Part shown: one piece after another, positions 12,168 to 26,363 of the stretch
Layout: each line of letters begins with the position of its first letter
How positions within the stretch are numbered: the first letter of the stretch is position 1
Source of the DNA: Lytechinus pictus
Lineage: Eukaryota
DNA: 64,000 nucleotides
Direction of reading: 5' to 3'
NCBI RefSeq assembly: GCF_037042905.1
Contig: NC_087251.1
Span: 29,886,001-29,950,000 of the forward strand
Made by a program: the position numbers and the translations under genes
Notes under the pieces: model-generated
The model's database searches: none
Seen by the model: only the letters and a program-made list of their open reading frames with translations
What the model was told of the DNA's origin: nothing

Positions 12168-14717
12168 GTGAGTATCAACAATCAAAGATTGACCCCTTTA
12201 TTGAACAAATCCTTCCAAATCTATACAAATTAATATGAATTGATAGAGAGTTAAAAAATAACCTTTTTACAAAAAAATTCATTGAAATTGAATATGGATT
12301 AGAACGTCATGACATTTGAAAAGTTTAATTTCATAAAAACGGTCCTGGATAATATACAGATGAGCTGTGTCACACATTAACCTTTTTCGTAAGTGCCAAT
12401 ACATCAATGTTTATTTTTGTTGATGTTATATTCAAAGAAGTCCTTTTTTTTAATGTAACATATAAAAATATTATTTTTTTTTTTACGTTGGAATCATGTT
12501 TTAGTATTGTATTTTTTCATATTTCATAATATACTAGTAATCAAATAACCAAAGAAATAAATAATAGTCTGTGAAAAGCATCAACTCATTTAAACATTAC
12601 CTCATATAAAATGAGTTACCCCCAATTTTTCCTTTAAAAAAATGGGACTTAAATTCCTGATAATCCTATTCAAAATGTGACAACTAAAGAATAAAAAATC
12701 AAAATGCTTGTTAAAATAAGAATGTGATATACAAAGATCATATTTCTGCTCCTTGTGAATATATGTAGTTTTAAGCATGAAAATATTTATATCTACCGTA
12801 ATACTTATTTGTAATAATTATTTGTGTCAAAATAGTTTTCCTGAATATGATGATGTTTTGTTTATAATTATATCTTCTTTGCCACTAATGTACATGTAGA
12901 ATTATCGTAAATAAGTACCCCAAGTCCCCGAAGATTGAAAAGCTGTTAAACGCAATATGGAGTTTAGATCACATTTATGAATGGAAGACCTGCTTGCATG
13001 TGACTTCACAAATTAAAGATTTTTCATAACGCTCTTCCTTTTTGCTTGATTTTCATCAATCCTTTAAAAATATTTTGTTGAATTGACCTAGTCCACCTAC
13101 ACTTAAAATATCAAATAGATTAATTAATTTGGCAGGATGACCATTATAATGCTGGGTCATCTAGCCTTTTTTTTTGCAAACCGCTGTTCTGCTTTGTGTG
13201 TGGATGCCTGCATATACTGCATTTTCTTCTTTGTGATGGGTTCTTTTCAAGTTTATACCTTGTTCTTGATTTTTAAATTTGGACTTTAAAAAAAATCTTC
13301 ATTTAGAAAATAACACTCTATTTGATGTATTGTTTTTCTTTAACTTTAAAGGGACTTATTAATTTATTTTAACTGTTTTATTCTTTCCCCATTATTAAAG
13401 AGAAAAAGTTTTATGCTTTTGAGTAAACAGGGTTAGATCCTATCGAAGGGAATGTGATTATTTAGTGCCTGAATCATGAGCATTAATGTCTCCCCAAATG
13501 TGGAACATTAAAGACCCAAACCAGAGCTCAAATGGCAATTGACAAATGGGAAATATGTAAGCTACATAGTACAACAGTGTAAGTTTTATGCATATTCACC
13601 GCTTGACAGCTGAGTATTTTGCTCAAGGAAAACTAAAATTAACGGGTTTTGCCGAGGATTTGGACAAAAGGCTTTCCATTGCATTTCTCTGGCCTCATGA
13701 TTGTGATCTCATGTTGTGTTAGAAGCATTGTGACTCCATAGGCTTGTACACCGAAAAGGGTTATTTTTTCTGCTTTTCACATTCTGAATTCAATTTATTT
13801 ATCAATTTGCAGAAAAAAAATGAAAATGACAATTAATCAGTGCTCAAATGGATGGAAACCTAAATGTACAACTCTTCACTAATTTTTTTTTGTGATTTCT
13901 GTTCTTAGCTCTTATTGGGCCTAAATTGCTATGTAAGGAAAACTTGTTAGTGTGTGCCAATTAAGCAGGAAACAAAATATGGCAAAAACTAGTCAAAAGC
14001 CATAGATTTCATCAATTCAAGCTTGCAGCAAAAGATATGATATCTCTGTGTGAGAGAAGTGAAGAAAATAAGGTGTGTAATCTGAAAGGGGGGGAAATCA
14101 CACACTTTTTCTGTGTAAAACTCGAAGGAATTACACTGCTTCTAACACGACATGACATCATGGTCTCGAGGCCGGTGAAAGCATTACAAGAGAGTCTATT
14201 TTCGAAGCCCGATGATTGGAGCTATTATTAAGCAAAATACTCAGCTGTTAAGCGGTTTAAATTCATAAAGCTTGCATTTCTGTATTAAGTAATTATTAGC
14301 TTTCGATTGGTACATGATTTGTCAGTTTCATTTTTGGGTCTGGTCTGGGTCTTTAAACCCATTTCTGAGGTCATCACCTATAATATCACTAGACTACACG
14401 CTGTCGGGACTGACGTTATGGACTTTGAACTCGCCCTTAAAGTTGCTATTAAAGTTGTTCCTGCTCTGTTTCATCAATTTGCATACTGTGAGGTATATTT
14501 GAAAATCTTTCTTGACTTTTTGTGTTTAATTTTATTTACATGTAGTTCAGATAGAACTGTTTTGTTATTTACTTTATGATATGATAGTATCAGGAATTGC
14601 ATAAATCAAGGACAAAGAAGGCAATTCCCTTGGATGTTCACCTCGGCTGTATTGTTTCCATCAAATTTCCTCAATAATTGATGGTAGTTTTAAGGCAGTT
14701 AAAAAATTGCTGCTATT

Positions 14718-14852
14718 ATAGTAGTAGTAGTAGTAGTAGTAGTAGTGTTCATTATCATTATTTATTTATTACTATTATGATTATTATCGTTATTATTATT
14801 ATTATAACAATTCATCATTGCTATTGTTATTATTATCTATTATCATCATTAT
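14718..14852. repeat. (AGT)n/(ATT)n microsatellite
   Basis: Trinucleotide runs read directly. Confidence 0.85.
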
Positions 14853-15177
14853 ACTTGTGTTCATTTATTTTTTGTCATTAAATCTGCCTTTTTGTGTATT
14901 ATACTCATAAAAATTGTAATATGCTCCTGATACTTGTTTCATCTTTCTCTGTCTCTCTTTTCCCCTCTCCCCATCTCTATCTTGACTGCTTGATGTTCTG
15001 TGTGCCTGCAGTGCTATAGACTTTTGTTGGCCTTTCAAGTATCTACATGATGTGCATGCTTAGACTTAATAGTTAAATCACAGTCTAGCCTTCACAAAGT
15101 GACTTACAATATCAACCAACGTCTATGAATGCAACTGTCATAGACTCGTATTTTTTTTTTACTCATTTAGTCTTTAA

Positions 15178-15764
15178 AGGTCAAGTCCACCCCAGAAAAA
15201 TGTTGATTTGAATAAATAAAGAAAAATCAAACTAGCATAACACTGAAAATTTCATCAAATTCGGATGTAAAATAAGAAAGTTATGACATTTTAAAGTTTC
15301 GCTTATTTTTCACAAAACAGTGATATGCACAACTCAGTGACATGCAAATGAGACACTTGATGATGTCCATCACTCACTATTTCTTTTGTTTTTTATTGTT
15401 TGAATTAAACAATATTTCATTATTTTGCAGATTTGACAATAAGGACCAACTTGACTGAGCCATATAGTATCAAACAATGCTAATTCTACATGTTCAGGGA
15501 GGAATTAAATGTTGTTTCACTTGACAACGAGGAGAAAATTCAAATATTTCATATAATAAAATACAAAAGAAATAGTGAGTGGATGACGTCATCAGTCTTC
15601 TCATTTGCATACCGACCAGGAACTGTTTTGTGAAATTACGCAAAACTTCAAAATGTCATAACTTTCTTTTTTTTCATCCGATTTTGTTGAAATTTTCAGT
15701 GTTATGCTTGTTGGATTTTTCTCTTTTTATTCAAATCAACTTTTTGTTGGGGTGGACTTGTCCT
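15178..15764. mobile_element. Kolobok-like MITE family A copy 2
   Basis: ttaa|aggtcaagtccacccc ... ggggtggacttgtcct|ttaa. Confidence 0.85.
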
Positions 15765-17659
15765 TTAAATATGGGGCCGCGGAACTGGGGGGGGGTGTGC
15801 TTGTGAGTTGTGAGGCTTCATCGATCCCCCCACTTTTCTCCAAAACTGTACAAAAATGTAAAAATGACATGATCTGATCATGATTTTTTTGCTCAGCCCC
15901 CTCACTTTTAAACCTGTTCTGTGGCGCCTGTAAATGAATGATTGTAATATTTTGTAAGAATTCTCTGTATGCTTATCATTTTTCTTTGTGTTTTTGTTTC
16001 CCAATTCTATGTTAGTGTACTGCTCCAGTGGTAAAAATGCAAGGTAAGAATTGGACCAGTCAGGGGGGGGGGTTCACAAAGAGTTGAGTGTTAATTATTA
16101 AAATCATTCTTGTCAAAAAGCAATGTTTTTCAATACACAGTCTTACACAGTATTGTGTGTCACCTGAGCATGATCTGACCGATGTGGTGATGCATTGTAT
16201 TCCAAACATAACTGGGAATTTAAGCATAATTTTGAGTCACACTTTTAAAATGTCATCCTGGAATTGAATTCTGTTCACAATTAGCAGGAAATGGCTGAAT
16301 ACTGAAGTAAGAATGTATGAATAAGTACTAAGTTTAGTTATAATGAAATACAATACGTTACATCAGCCCAATATGACTGCAACAGTGGCCACAATATGGG
16401 AGGGGGGCATCTGGGCAGCTTCACCCCTCTCCCCCTAACTTTTTTCAGTACCCTTGCACAAAAACATGAAAATGACCATCAAACTTGTGATTTTAAGCAT
16501 GTTCAGCCCCCCCCCTTTAATACTGTTCCGCGGCCCCTGTACAATATAGAATATCCTGGCATTGAAACTTCAATTTTTATAAGTAGACACTATTGAGTCC
16601 TCAGTATATCACCCCTCATGATGTAAAAAAAGGTAGGTTTTAACAGGTAAAATGCAGCCAATGTAATTTTCACCAAACTTTCCACAGAGTTAAAAATAAT
16701 ATAGTTTCATATGAACAATTTTTTTCTGTGGGACTTTGAAGCTTGCCATTATTAGATTGCTGAAAAATTGATTAAATCAACAGACGGATGCATCAGATAA
16801 ACCTCAAGATATCAACAAATGAGTGTTTGAAATTCCCATTCTGTCTAAACCTCTGTACATTTCATTAAAATTAACTTTGCAATTGTGTAATTTATGTCAT
16901 TTTATACCTTCTTGCAAATTTCCTCTGCAAACTGCAACCGAGATCTTAAGTGATCTGTAATACCCCTACTAGTGGGGTGTCTGGAAAACGAAGACCGAAG
17001 ACCGAAGACCGGGGACTCATATCACACTCGTGTGAAAGCGTTTGTAGTTCACGCCCGAAGTGTGTACAAAGCAGTGCAAAGTGTGTACAAAACACGTGCG
17101 CGGGTTAGAATGGACTTTGGACCTTGCCCCGACACATGTTCTCCCATTGACAATGCACGGGTCCCCGGTCTTCGATCTTCGTTTTCCAAACCCGTTGTTG
17201 GGTGTCTGGAAAACGAAGACCGAAGACCGGGGATCGCATTCGTTTAGCTAAGATACCACTTATAAATGTCATTATGAAGGCCTCTATTATTCAGCTCAAA
17301 TTCAAGAATATTCTGATCTAGAATACATTAATGTCATTAATTGGCTGATAATGAAGTCATGTTAATTGCTTGTGTCAATAATTAGTATAGTTAGACCAGT
17401 TGAAGCGGGATAGGTCTCCCAGTTTACACCACTATTCCACTGAGACAAGTAACAAACTCCAGTAATCAATCAGACCAGTTTCAAATTTCCAGTTAAAGGT
17501 TAACTCTAGACCAGTAATTTCAGACCAGTTTAATTCTTAACTGGTCCAGTAAAGTGAACTCGACCAGTTAGACCAGAATGCCGTTTTTCCATTTTCCAGA
17601 ATTACATTCTGTGAACTGGTTTTTCCTTCTTAATTGGCTGACATTGATTTGCAATTTTA

Positions 17660-20600
17660 CTACCATTGACATTACGCATGTCCCCGGTCTTCGTTTTCCA
17701 AACCTGTTGTTGGGTGTCTGGAAAACGAAGACAGAAGACCGGGGATTGCGTATTCGTCTAGCTAAGATAGGCCTATGATATTCAGCTCCAGTTTAAGAAT
17801 ATTCTGATCTTGGATACGTCATCAGCTATGATTGGCTGCGGATAAGTTATGGTTATTTGTGTGAATATCGTTATCAGCTAGGGCATGATATTAAGGATAA
17901 CGTACATATTTCACCCACGGAATTCAGCCATTGCAATTCTGAAAACTGTCATAAAACTGAAAACTTGCATACAATACACCTCATACTGCGCAATCACGTA
18001 CAAGCAGACTCAACTCAACTGGCGTTTGCAACTATTTTACTACCATTGACATTACGCATGTCCCCGGTCTTCGGTCTTCGTTTTCCAAACCTGTTGTTGG
18101 GTGTCTGGAAAACGAAGACAGAAGACCGGGGATTGCGTATTCGTCTAGCTAAGATAGGCCTATAATATTCAGCTCCAGTTTAAGAATATTCTGATCTTGG
18201 ATACGTCATCAGCTATGATTGGCTGCGGACAAGTTATGGTTATTTGTGTGAATATCGTTATCAGTTAGGGCATGATATTAACGATAACGTACATATTTCA
18301 CCCACGGAATTCAGCCATTGCAATTCTGAAAACTGTCATAAAACTGAAAACTTGCATACAATACACTTCATACTGCGCAATCAGTGGCGTACCGTGGGTC
18401 ACGGCATTGGGGGGGCACCAACAAAAAATTTGAGTCACTTAATGAGCACGCGAAGCGCGCTTAGTTGCCAGGTATAAAGACCTATAAGTAATAGTGACAT
18501 TTTAAGGACAGTGCCATTAAAGCGGATATGTATCTCACTGATCATATAATGCGAGCGCGAAGCGCGAGCTGAAATTTTTTGATATTCAGAACTAAAAAGG
18601 GACATTATAAGCAAATTTTTGTAATCATGATACATACCTGTCTTGCTAAACAAACAGTATATACATGTCTCACCATAATCATCTAATGCGAGTGCCAAGC
18701 TTGCGTATGCTGATTTTGTTAGAATTACATTTAAACACATGAGGCACTTTTTGTAGTCGTTGTAATCATGATTATCATACGCATCTCACTAATCAAATAT
18801 TGCGAGCGCGAGCTGAAAATTTAGGAAATTCAGACCTTAAGAGAAGCATTCTAAGATTTGTTTGTTGGAATTCACGAAGACCATACATATTTCACTAACC
18901 AAATGATGCGAGCGCGAAGCGCGAGCTGAAATTTTTGTATATTTTGACCCTGAACAGGGCTATTTTAAGGGCTATTTTTTTAAGGAATCCATTAAGAGTA
19001 CACATATCTCACCATAGTCATCTAATGCGAGTGCCAAGTGCATGCTGATGTTACTAGAATTACATCTAAACACATGAAGCACTTTTTGTAGTCATTGTAA
19101 TCATGATTATTATACGCATCTCACTAATCAAATATTGCGAGCGCGAAGCGCGAGCTGGAAATTTACTTAATTCAGAACTGAAGAGGGGAATTCTAAGGCT
19201 TGTTTGTAGGAATTCACAAAGACCATGCGTATTTCGCTAACCAAATGATGCGAGCGCGAAGCGCAAGCTGAAAATGTTTGATTTTCAGATAAAAAAAAGT
19301 TACATTTTAAGGACTGATTTTAGGAATTCATGAAGAGCAGACATATCTCAGCTATCCAGTAATGCGATCGTAAGCACGGACAGGAAGTGTTTTATATTAA
19401 GTCCTTAAAATGGGGCAACCACTTTAAGTAGTCATGAAAAAGAAGCATATGTAACTACATAAAACAATAATAATTCGAAGTGCGAGGAAATATATTTGGT
19501 GTATATTGACTTAATAACGGGAGGTTTTAGTACATCGGGATTATATATCTCGTTAAACAGACGATGCGAGCGCCAGGAACAATGAAGACATAGGCCCTGA
19601 GCAAATTATGTTTCATAAAGATATGATTTTTTTAAAGTAATATAACATAACATAATCATAATATAACATTATAATGAACAATAATTTTTTATTTCCCACT
19701 ACGTTTCTTGCCCTTTCTCCCTCTTTTTCTCCTTTTCCCCGTTTTTTTTTTTTTTTTTGCCAGCCGATTGGGGGGGGGCACGTGCCCCCCCATGCCCCCC
19801 CGTAGTTACGCCACTGTGCGCAATCACGTACAAGCAGACTCAACTCAACTGGCGTTTGCAACTATTTTATACTACCATTGACATTACGCATGTCCCCGGT
19901 CTTCGGTCTTCGTTTTCCAAACCTGTTGTTGGGTGTCTGGAAAACGAAGACAGAAGACCGGGGATTGCGTATTCGTCTAGCTAAGAAAGGCCTATAATAT
20001 TCAGCACCAGTTCAAGAATATTCTGATCTTGGATACGTCATCAGCTATGATTGGCTGCGGATAAGTTATGGTTATTTGTGTGAATATCGTTATCAGCTAG
20101 GGCATGATATTAAAGATAGCGTACATATTTCACCCATGGAATTCAGCCATTGCAATTCTGAAAACTGTTATAAAGCTGAAAACTTGCATACAATACACCT
20201 CATACTGCGCAATTACGTAAAGCAGAATCAACTCAACTGGCGTTTGCAACTATTTTATACTACCATTGACATAACGCATGTCCCCGGTCTTCGGTCTTCG
20301 TTTTCCAAACCTGTTGTTGGGTGTCTGGAAAACGAAGACAGAAGACCGGGGATTGCGTATTCGTCTAGCTAAGATAGGCCTATAATATTCAGCACCAGTT
20401 CAAGAATATTCTGATCTTGGATACGTCATCAGCTATGATTGGCTGCGGATAAGTTATGGTTATTTGTGTGAATATCGTTATCAGCTAGGGCATGATATTA
20501 AGGATAACGTACATATTTCACCCACGGAATTCAGCCATTGCAATTCTGAAAACTGTCATAAAACTGAAAACTTGCATACAATACACCTCATACTGCGCAA

Positions 20601-21658
20601 TCACGTACAAGCAGACTCAACTCAACTGGCGTTTGCAACTATTTTACTACCATTGACATTACGCATGTCCCCGGTCTTCGGTCTTCGTTTTCCAAACCTG
20701 TTGTTGGGTGTCTGGAAAACGAAGACAGAAGACCGGGGATTGCGTATTCGTCTAGCTAAGATAGGCCTATAATATTCAGCACCAGTACAAGGATATTCCG
20801 ATCTTGGATACGTCATCAGCTATGATTGGCTGCGGATAAGTTATGGTTATTTGTGTGAATATCGTTATCAGCTAGGGCATGATTAATAAGGATTAGACAA
20901 TTATAATGTACATATTTCACCCACGGAATTCAGCCATTGCAATTCTGAAAACTGTCATAAAACTGAAAACGTGCATACAATACACCCCATACTGCGGAAT
21001 CACGTACAAGCAGACTCACCTCAACTGGCGTTTACAACTATTTTACTACCATTGACATTACGCATGTCCCCGGTCTTCGGTCTTCGTTTTCCAAACCTGT
21101 TGTTGGGTGTCTGGAAAACGAAGACAGAAGACCGGGGATTGCGTATTCGTCTAGCTAAGATAGGCCTATAATATTCAGCTCCAGTTTAAGAATATTCTGA
21201 TCTTGGATACGTCATCAGCTATGATTGGCTGCGGATAAGTTATGGTTATTTGTGTGAATATCGTTATCAGCTAGGGCATGATATTAAGGATAACGTACAT
21301 ATTTCACCCACGGAATTCAGCCATTGCAATTCCAAAAACTGTCATAAAACTGAAAACTTGCATACAATACACCTCATACTGCGCAATCACGTACAGGCAG
21401 ACTCAATTCAACTGGCGTTTGCAACTATTTTACTACCATTGACATAACGCATGTCCCCGGTCTTCGGTCTTCGTTTTCCAAACCTGTTGTTGGGTGTCTG
21501 GAAAACGAAGACAGAAGACCGGGGATCGCGTCAATTCGTCTAGCTATAAGATAGGCCTATAATATTCAGCACCAGTTCAAGAATATTCTGATCTTGGATA
21601 CGTCATCAGCTATATGATTGGCTGCCGAAAAGTTATGGTTATTTGTGTGAATATCGTT
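17660..21658 (+). repeat. Left-arm tandem array of the 387-bp unit (about 6.5 units, one interrupted)
   Basis: Hairpin junctions near 17681, 18061, 19892, 20281, 20668, 21067 and 21453; spacing 387 bp where uninterrupted. Confidence 0.95.
18382..19816. mobile_element. hAT-like non-autonomous element inserted in a 387-bp unit
   Basis: TIR cagtggcgta / tacgccactg; perfect 8-bp TSD tgcgcaat (18374-18381, 19817-19824); internal gcgagcgcgaagcgcgagctgaaa repeats. Confidence 0.9.
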
Positions 21659-21787
21659 CACATCCAGATGACGAGATACGATATCTCGCCAAGTCGACTT
21701 ATAAAAGGTCATGTCGACATGGCGAGATTATGTCGACATGGCATAATTAAGTTTCTCGCCAAGTCGATGGCAATTAAAACATGTAAA

Positions 21788-22365
21788 AGGGATGGTCCTG
21801 GCTGAAAATATTTATATCTTAATACATAGAGTAGAATTCACTGAGCTATGTGCCGAAAATTTCATCAATCGGATAACAAGTAAACAGTTATTGAAGTTTA
21901 AAGTTTAGCAATATATTGTTAAAACAGTCGTCGTGAATATTCATTAGGTGGGCTGATGATGTCACATCTCCACTCTCCGTTTCCCTATGTTATTATATAT
22001 AATCATAATTTTTACATTATTTCATATTTGTGCTAATAATATGTCTCCCTTATAATGAAATAAGTTGCAGCAATGAATATTTAATGCACTAAATCAGTTG
22101 CCAATCCAATTTTTCTACTTTTTTGTTCTTGGATGAAAACATTTGAATAAACCTAATTTCATATAATAAAATACAAAAGAACAAGTGGAGATGTGACATC
22201 ATCAGCCAACCTAATGAATATTAATGACGACTGTATTCACAAAATATTGCTAAATTTTAAAATTCAATAACTTTGTTATCCGATTTTGATGAAATTTTCG
22301 GTATTTTGCTCAGTGAATTTTACTCTATTCATTAAGCTATACATGCTTTCAGCCCGCCCATCCCT
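21788..22365. mobile_element. Kolobok-like MITE family B copy 1
   Basis: agggatgg...ccatccct|ttaa, palindromic body; related to 33317-33914. Confidence 0.7.
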
Positions 22366-23032
22366 TTAAAGGCTCCGTATAAAATAAACCTAATTGTAAT
22401 AGAAAGCAATGTCATCGACCTAAGACAGGTGGCAAGCGTGCCTTTGTAGAATGCTGTTGCCGGTATGCGATGTTTTCTATACGGTCGGCGCACATGAAAC
22501 ACAAGTGTGTCGCTTGTATACTACTTTGCGGTTAAACCCGAGACGTTCCCACGCGTACATTTCGAGAGCAACAATTCAGTACGCGTTTGGAAGAAAATTA
22601 CCCTGTTTACACGTGCATCGGCTTTTGGTTCAGAACCAAAAGCCGATGCAGAATTGGCTTTTGGTCTATCTTGCACCGCAGAATCGGCTTACCCTCTTTG
22701 GGAATCGACGGGCGGACGACATTTGGATCTCTTAGTCTCGCCTTCACCTCTTGCGGGCGAGACAAACAATGAGAAAGAGAAGGAAGAAAGGAGAAAGGAA
22801 AAGGGCCAATAATTGGAATGATCAAACAAATCTAATCATCCTGAAATAGGGCCTACTAATAAACAAGTGAGAAAGGGGTTAGAAATAAAGAGATGGCAAA
22901 GTGGAACGGAAATTTTAGGCGGGAAAGGGAAGGAAGAGAGGCCAAAATAAACGGGATGCGAAAATGCTAACATGAAATCGGAATAGAAAACAGAAAAAAC
23001 AAGAGGGGAAAAGAAAGAAATTAAGAACACAA

Positions 23033-24344
23033 CAGCTAGTGGCGTAGCTACGGGGGGGGGGGGGGGGGCTGGGAGCCCCCCCCCCCCCTGAGATTTGGTG
23101 TGCCCCCATCAGGTGCCCCGCCTGGAAAAAAAGTGGTAGAGCAAAAAAAAAAGGGAGAAAGAAGAAAAGAAAAAGAAGAAGAAAGACAGAAGAAAAAAGA
23201 AGAGGAAAATTAGAGGAGGGAGACGAATGAATGAAATAATGTGAGGGGAAGACTTGCCAAAAAAGAAACAATTCTTTCATGTTACTATAAAAAATATTTG
23301 CTTGCGCTTCGCGCCAGAATTGACTGTTCGATGAGATTCATATCTTGCTCAATAGGCTGATATGGAGCAAGTTTTGAAGTCATTATACAAAACATTATTA
23401 GCTCGGACATCGAGCTTTCAATATTTTTTCATTTACAAATTTAAGTGCTCTGTAAAATGTCCGTTTTATTGTCTACATATCAGCATTTTTTTTTAAAGCT
23501 CACGCTGCGTGGTCACATTGTTTGATTTGCCAAGTTCCTATTGTCTACATGTATTCCATAATGTTCCATTAAAGAAATATATTCAGAATGCCCAGATTCT
23601 AGGTCTAAATCTAAAACATGCGCGATAGCATGCATGTTCTTTATTTAAAATCTACTTGAATTATCCAGTTTCACATCAGAATATAAATAATTGTCTGCTC
23701 GCGCTTTACGATAGCATAATTAATGATACCCAATTAACTATATCCTATTTATGATTTACAAAATATGAATAGTGTCCCGCTTTTAGGTCTAAAATCTCTT
23801 TTTTTTTCCTCTCGCGCTTCGCGCTCGCATCCATTGTTTCGTTACATACCTATCCCATTTATTGATACAAAAAGTGCTTAGAATTACCATTCTTTTAGGT
23901 CGGAATGTCAAAAAAATTGCATTATTGAAATATATACCATCTTCGTGGGTACCTATATAAGTGCACTTAACAGGTCCCTTTTCGATAATGCTAGAACAGT
24001 TAATAAAAATTTCTGCTCGCGCTTGGCGTTCGCAGTAACCATCTAGTTACATACGAATCTTGATCGGGATCACACATAACATTGCCCAGAATATTACATG
24101 AAAGTAACAAATAAAAAAAATCGCTCGCGCTTCGCGCTCGCACTTTTTATAATGCTTATGAGATTATTTCATGTTTATGCTGTTTTATAAGAATATAACG
24201 AAGAAGTGACTGATCGGGAAAAATATAGGTGAAGATAATTTCGGGCCCTTGTGACAAGTACACACCGGATAAAAATGGTGCCCCCCTGACTCAAAGCAAG
24301 GACCCCCAGTGCCCCCCAGGAAAAAAATCCTAGCTACGCTACTG
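23033..24344. mobile_element. hAT-like non-autonomous element
   Basis: 8-bp TSD gaacacaa (23025-23032, 24345-24352); ends cag(ctag)tggcgtagcta / tagctacgctactg. Confidence 0.8.
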
Positions 24345-24554
24345 GAACACAACCGGGATACCGAGGTTGAAAATAAAGAACGGTAAGAAAGACTCGGCTG
24401 GTGTGTGGGTATGACGTGTATATAATAGCCTATTTTGATTTCACGCAACTAGCCGCAATCATAAGGGGACACAAATTAGTGAACTTCAAGATATCGCCCA
24501 ATTACTGCCGATGTTCCTATCCAGGGGACAGACCGCTCTTCACACCATGATATG

Positions 24555-24893
24555 CAGCGGCGTAACAGGGGTCGGTGGCCAGGGGCGGGGGGGGGGGGGG
24601 GGGCGGGCAAGAGCCAAATATTTCCTGGTCACATTATATGGTATAAACAGGCGTAATGAGCCGACACTATTTTGAGAAGGCCAGATATTGTGCATCGGAC
24701 AGAATTTATCTTTTATTTAAAAAAATGCGAGCAAGCAAAAATTTTGACCTTTTTAATACAAAAATCCAATTTTGTGATAGATTTTGACATGATGTCCAGA
24801 GAATGATATTTCACTCTTCTCTCTTTGGATTCCTTTTTTGTCGTCTGTACGCGCACTGTGAACAGGATTCTTTGCGGCTGTAGTAACGTGAAG

Positions 24894-24927
<34 letters not shown>

Positions 24928-26166
24928 AGGGGTGGAGTATACCACATGTGCTAAAAAAAGCTGTTTTATATAAGTCCCGAGCGAAGCGAGGGATAAAAAA
25001 ATCACCTTTTCATGAGAATCTAACTTTGAGCTATTTTTTGACATTATATTTAGTAAATAAAATCATATCCTACACTTTTCCTCTGCTTTTTTTGTGTTTT
25101 TGTTTGTACAACTTTTTGGGCCCATGGCCCAACACTTCCATACGCAGTGATGTGCGGTTGGGGTCCGGGGCGGAGCCCCCTGAAAACTTCTTGATATCAA
25201 AGCCATTTAAACCTCGCAGATTGCCGCTATTTTAATCAAATCGCATTCTACATAGACTATAGCTTTTACACAACACATTTATTCAACCCAGTTGCGTAAT
25301 GAACCAAATATTTATAGGGCAAAGCATACCAACGTGGAAAAAAAGTCGCTAGCGTGCAAAGCGAGCTGGAAAAAAATTGCCTATTGAATTTAAATTCTAA
25401 TTATGTGATATATTTTCCATTATATTCAGCAAATAACACATTTCATTGTCCATTCATTTCATTATACTTTGTCTCCTATAATTTCTTTTTTTCCCTCTTG
25501 GGTGTGGAACACCCCCCCCCCGCCTGTATGCCATTGATTGAACATTGTTGAACGGGGGTAGGTATATAGCCATTTAAAGGTTATAAATGCTGAAGAGCCC
25601 ATACTGCGTGGGGTCTGGGACAAAGGCCCGGTAGCTTATTTGCATAAAGTCTAGCAAGCTTATAACACAATGTATGCAGACCATCTTTCTTCCCGCTCTT
25701 TTCAATCATCGGCAGCCCGGTCGTGTTATTATTTTTTTCTTGTCCCTTTTTCCCTTGTATTTTTTTCCAATTTAGCTTTTGATTAATTACGTTCTACCTT
25801 CGTTTCCCGCTCTTCATACCATTTTGTTATATTTTAAATTATTTCCCACCGTGCTATTGCATTACATAGGCCTATTTCGGAATGATATGTTCTTTCTCAA
25901 ATGTTCTTCTTTCGTATATTTTCCCGCTTTCCTTTCTTTTCCATTAAAAAAAAAAGTTTTTTTCTTCGTTTTCTTTTCAATTTTCCCTTTCCTTTTCCTC
26001 CTTTCCTTTTCCCATTTCCTTCCCCAGTTCCCTTTCTTTCTTTCTCCCTCCCTTTTTTCTTTTTCCCGTTTTTCTTAATTACGCCACTGATGATAATGAC
26101 GGGGAATTTTCTGGCTCTCGTCCCCCCCCCCCCCTCCCCTGGCCACCGAACGCTGCTACGCCCCTG
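24555..26166. mobile_element. Older hAT-like element with an internal second pair of ends
   Basis: cagcggcgtaacaggggtcggtggccagggg / cccctggccaccgaacgctgctacgcccctg; degenerate TSD atgatatg/attctatg. Confidence 0.6.
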
Positions 26167-26363
26167 ATTCTATGTAAGCATCTATTAATTGCATGCATTT
26201 TTTCAGTTTGAAATTTTTTTTTATTTAAAAACGATATGACAATTTCATGGAATATTGTATCCACGTATATCGGTTGTTTTAAGGTCTGTTTATCAGCCAG
26301 CATGAAGAAAACGAAGTACAATTGCACGGAAACGTGTCCATAGCACGCTATATGTGGTAATTA

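Noticed and set aside
14390..14492. MDFELALKVAIKVVPALFHQFAYCE, faintly like a Death-domain first helix, with a possible donor
   Set aside because: Weak acceptor, ends in phase 0, and I found no compatible next exon; the similarity is too weak to call.
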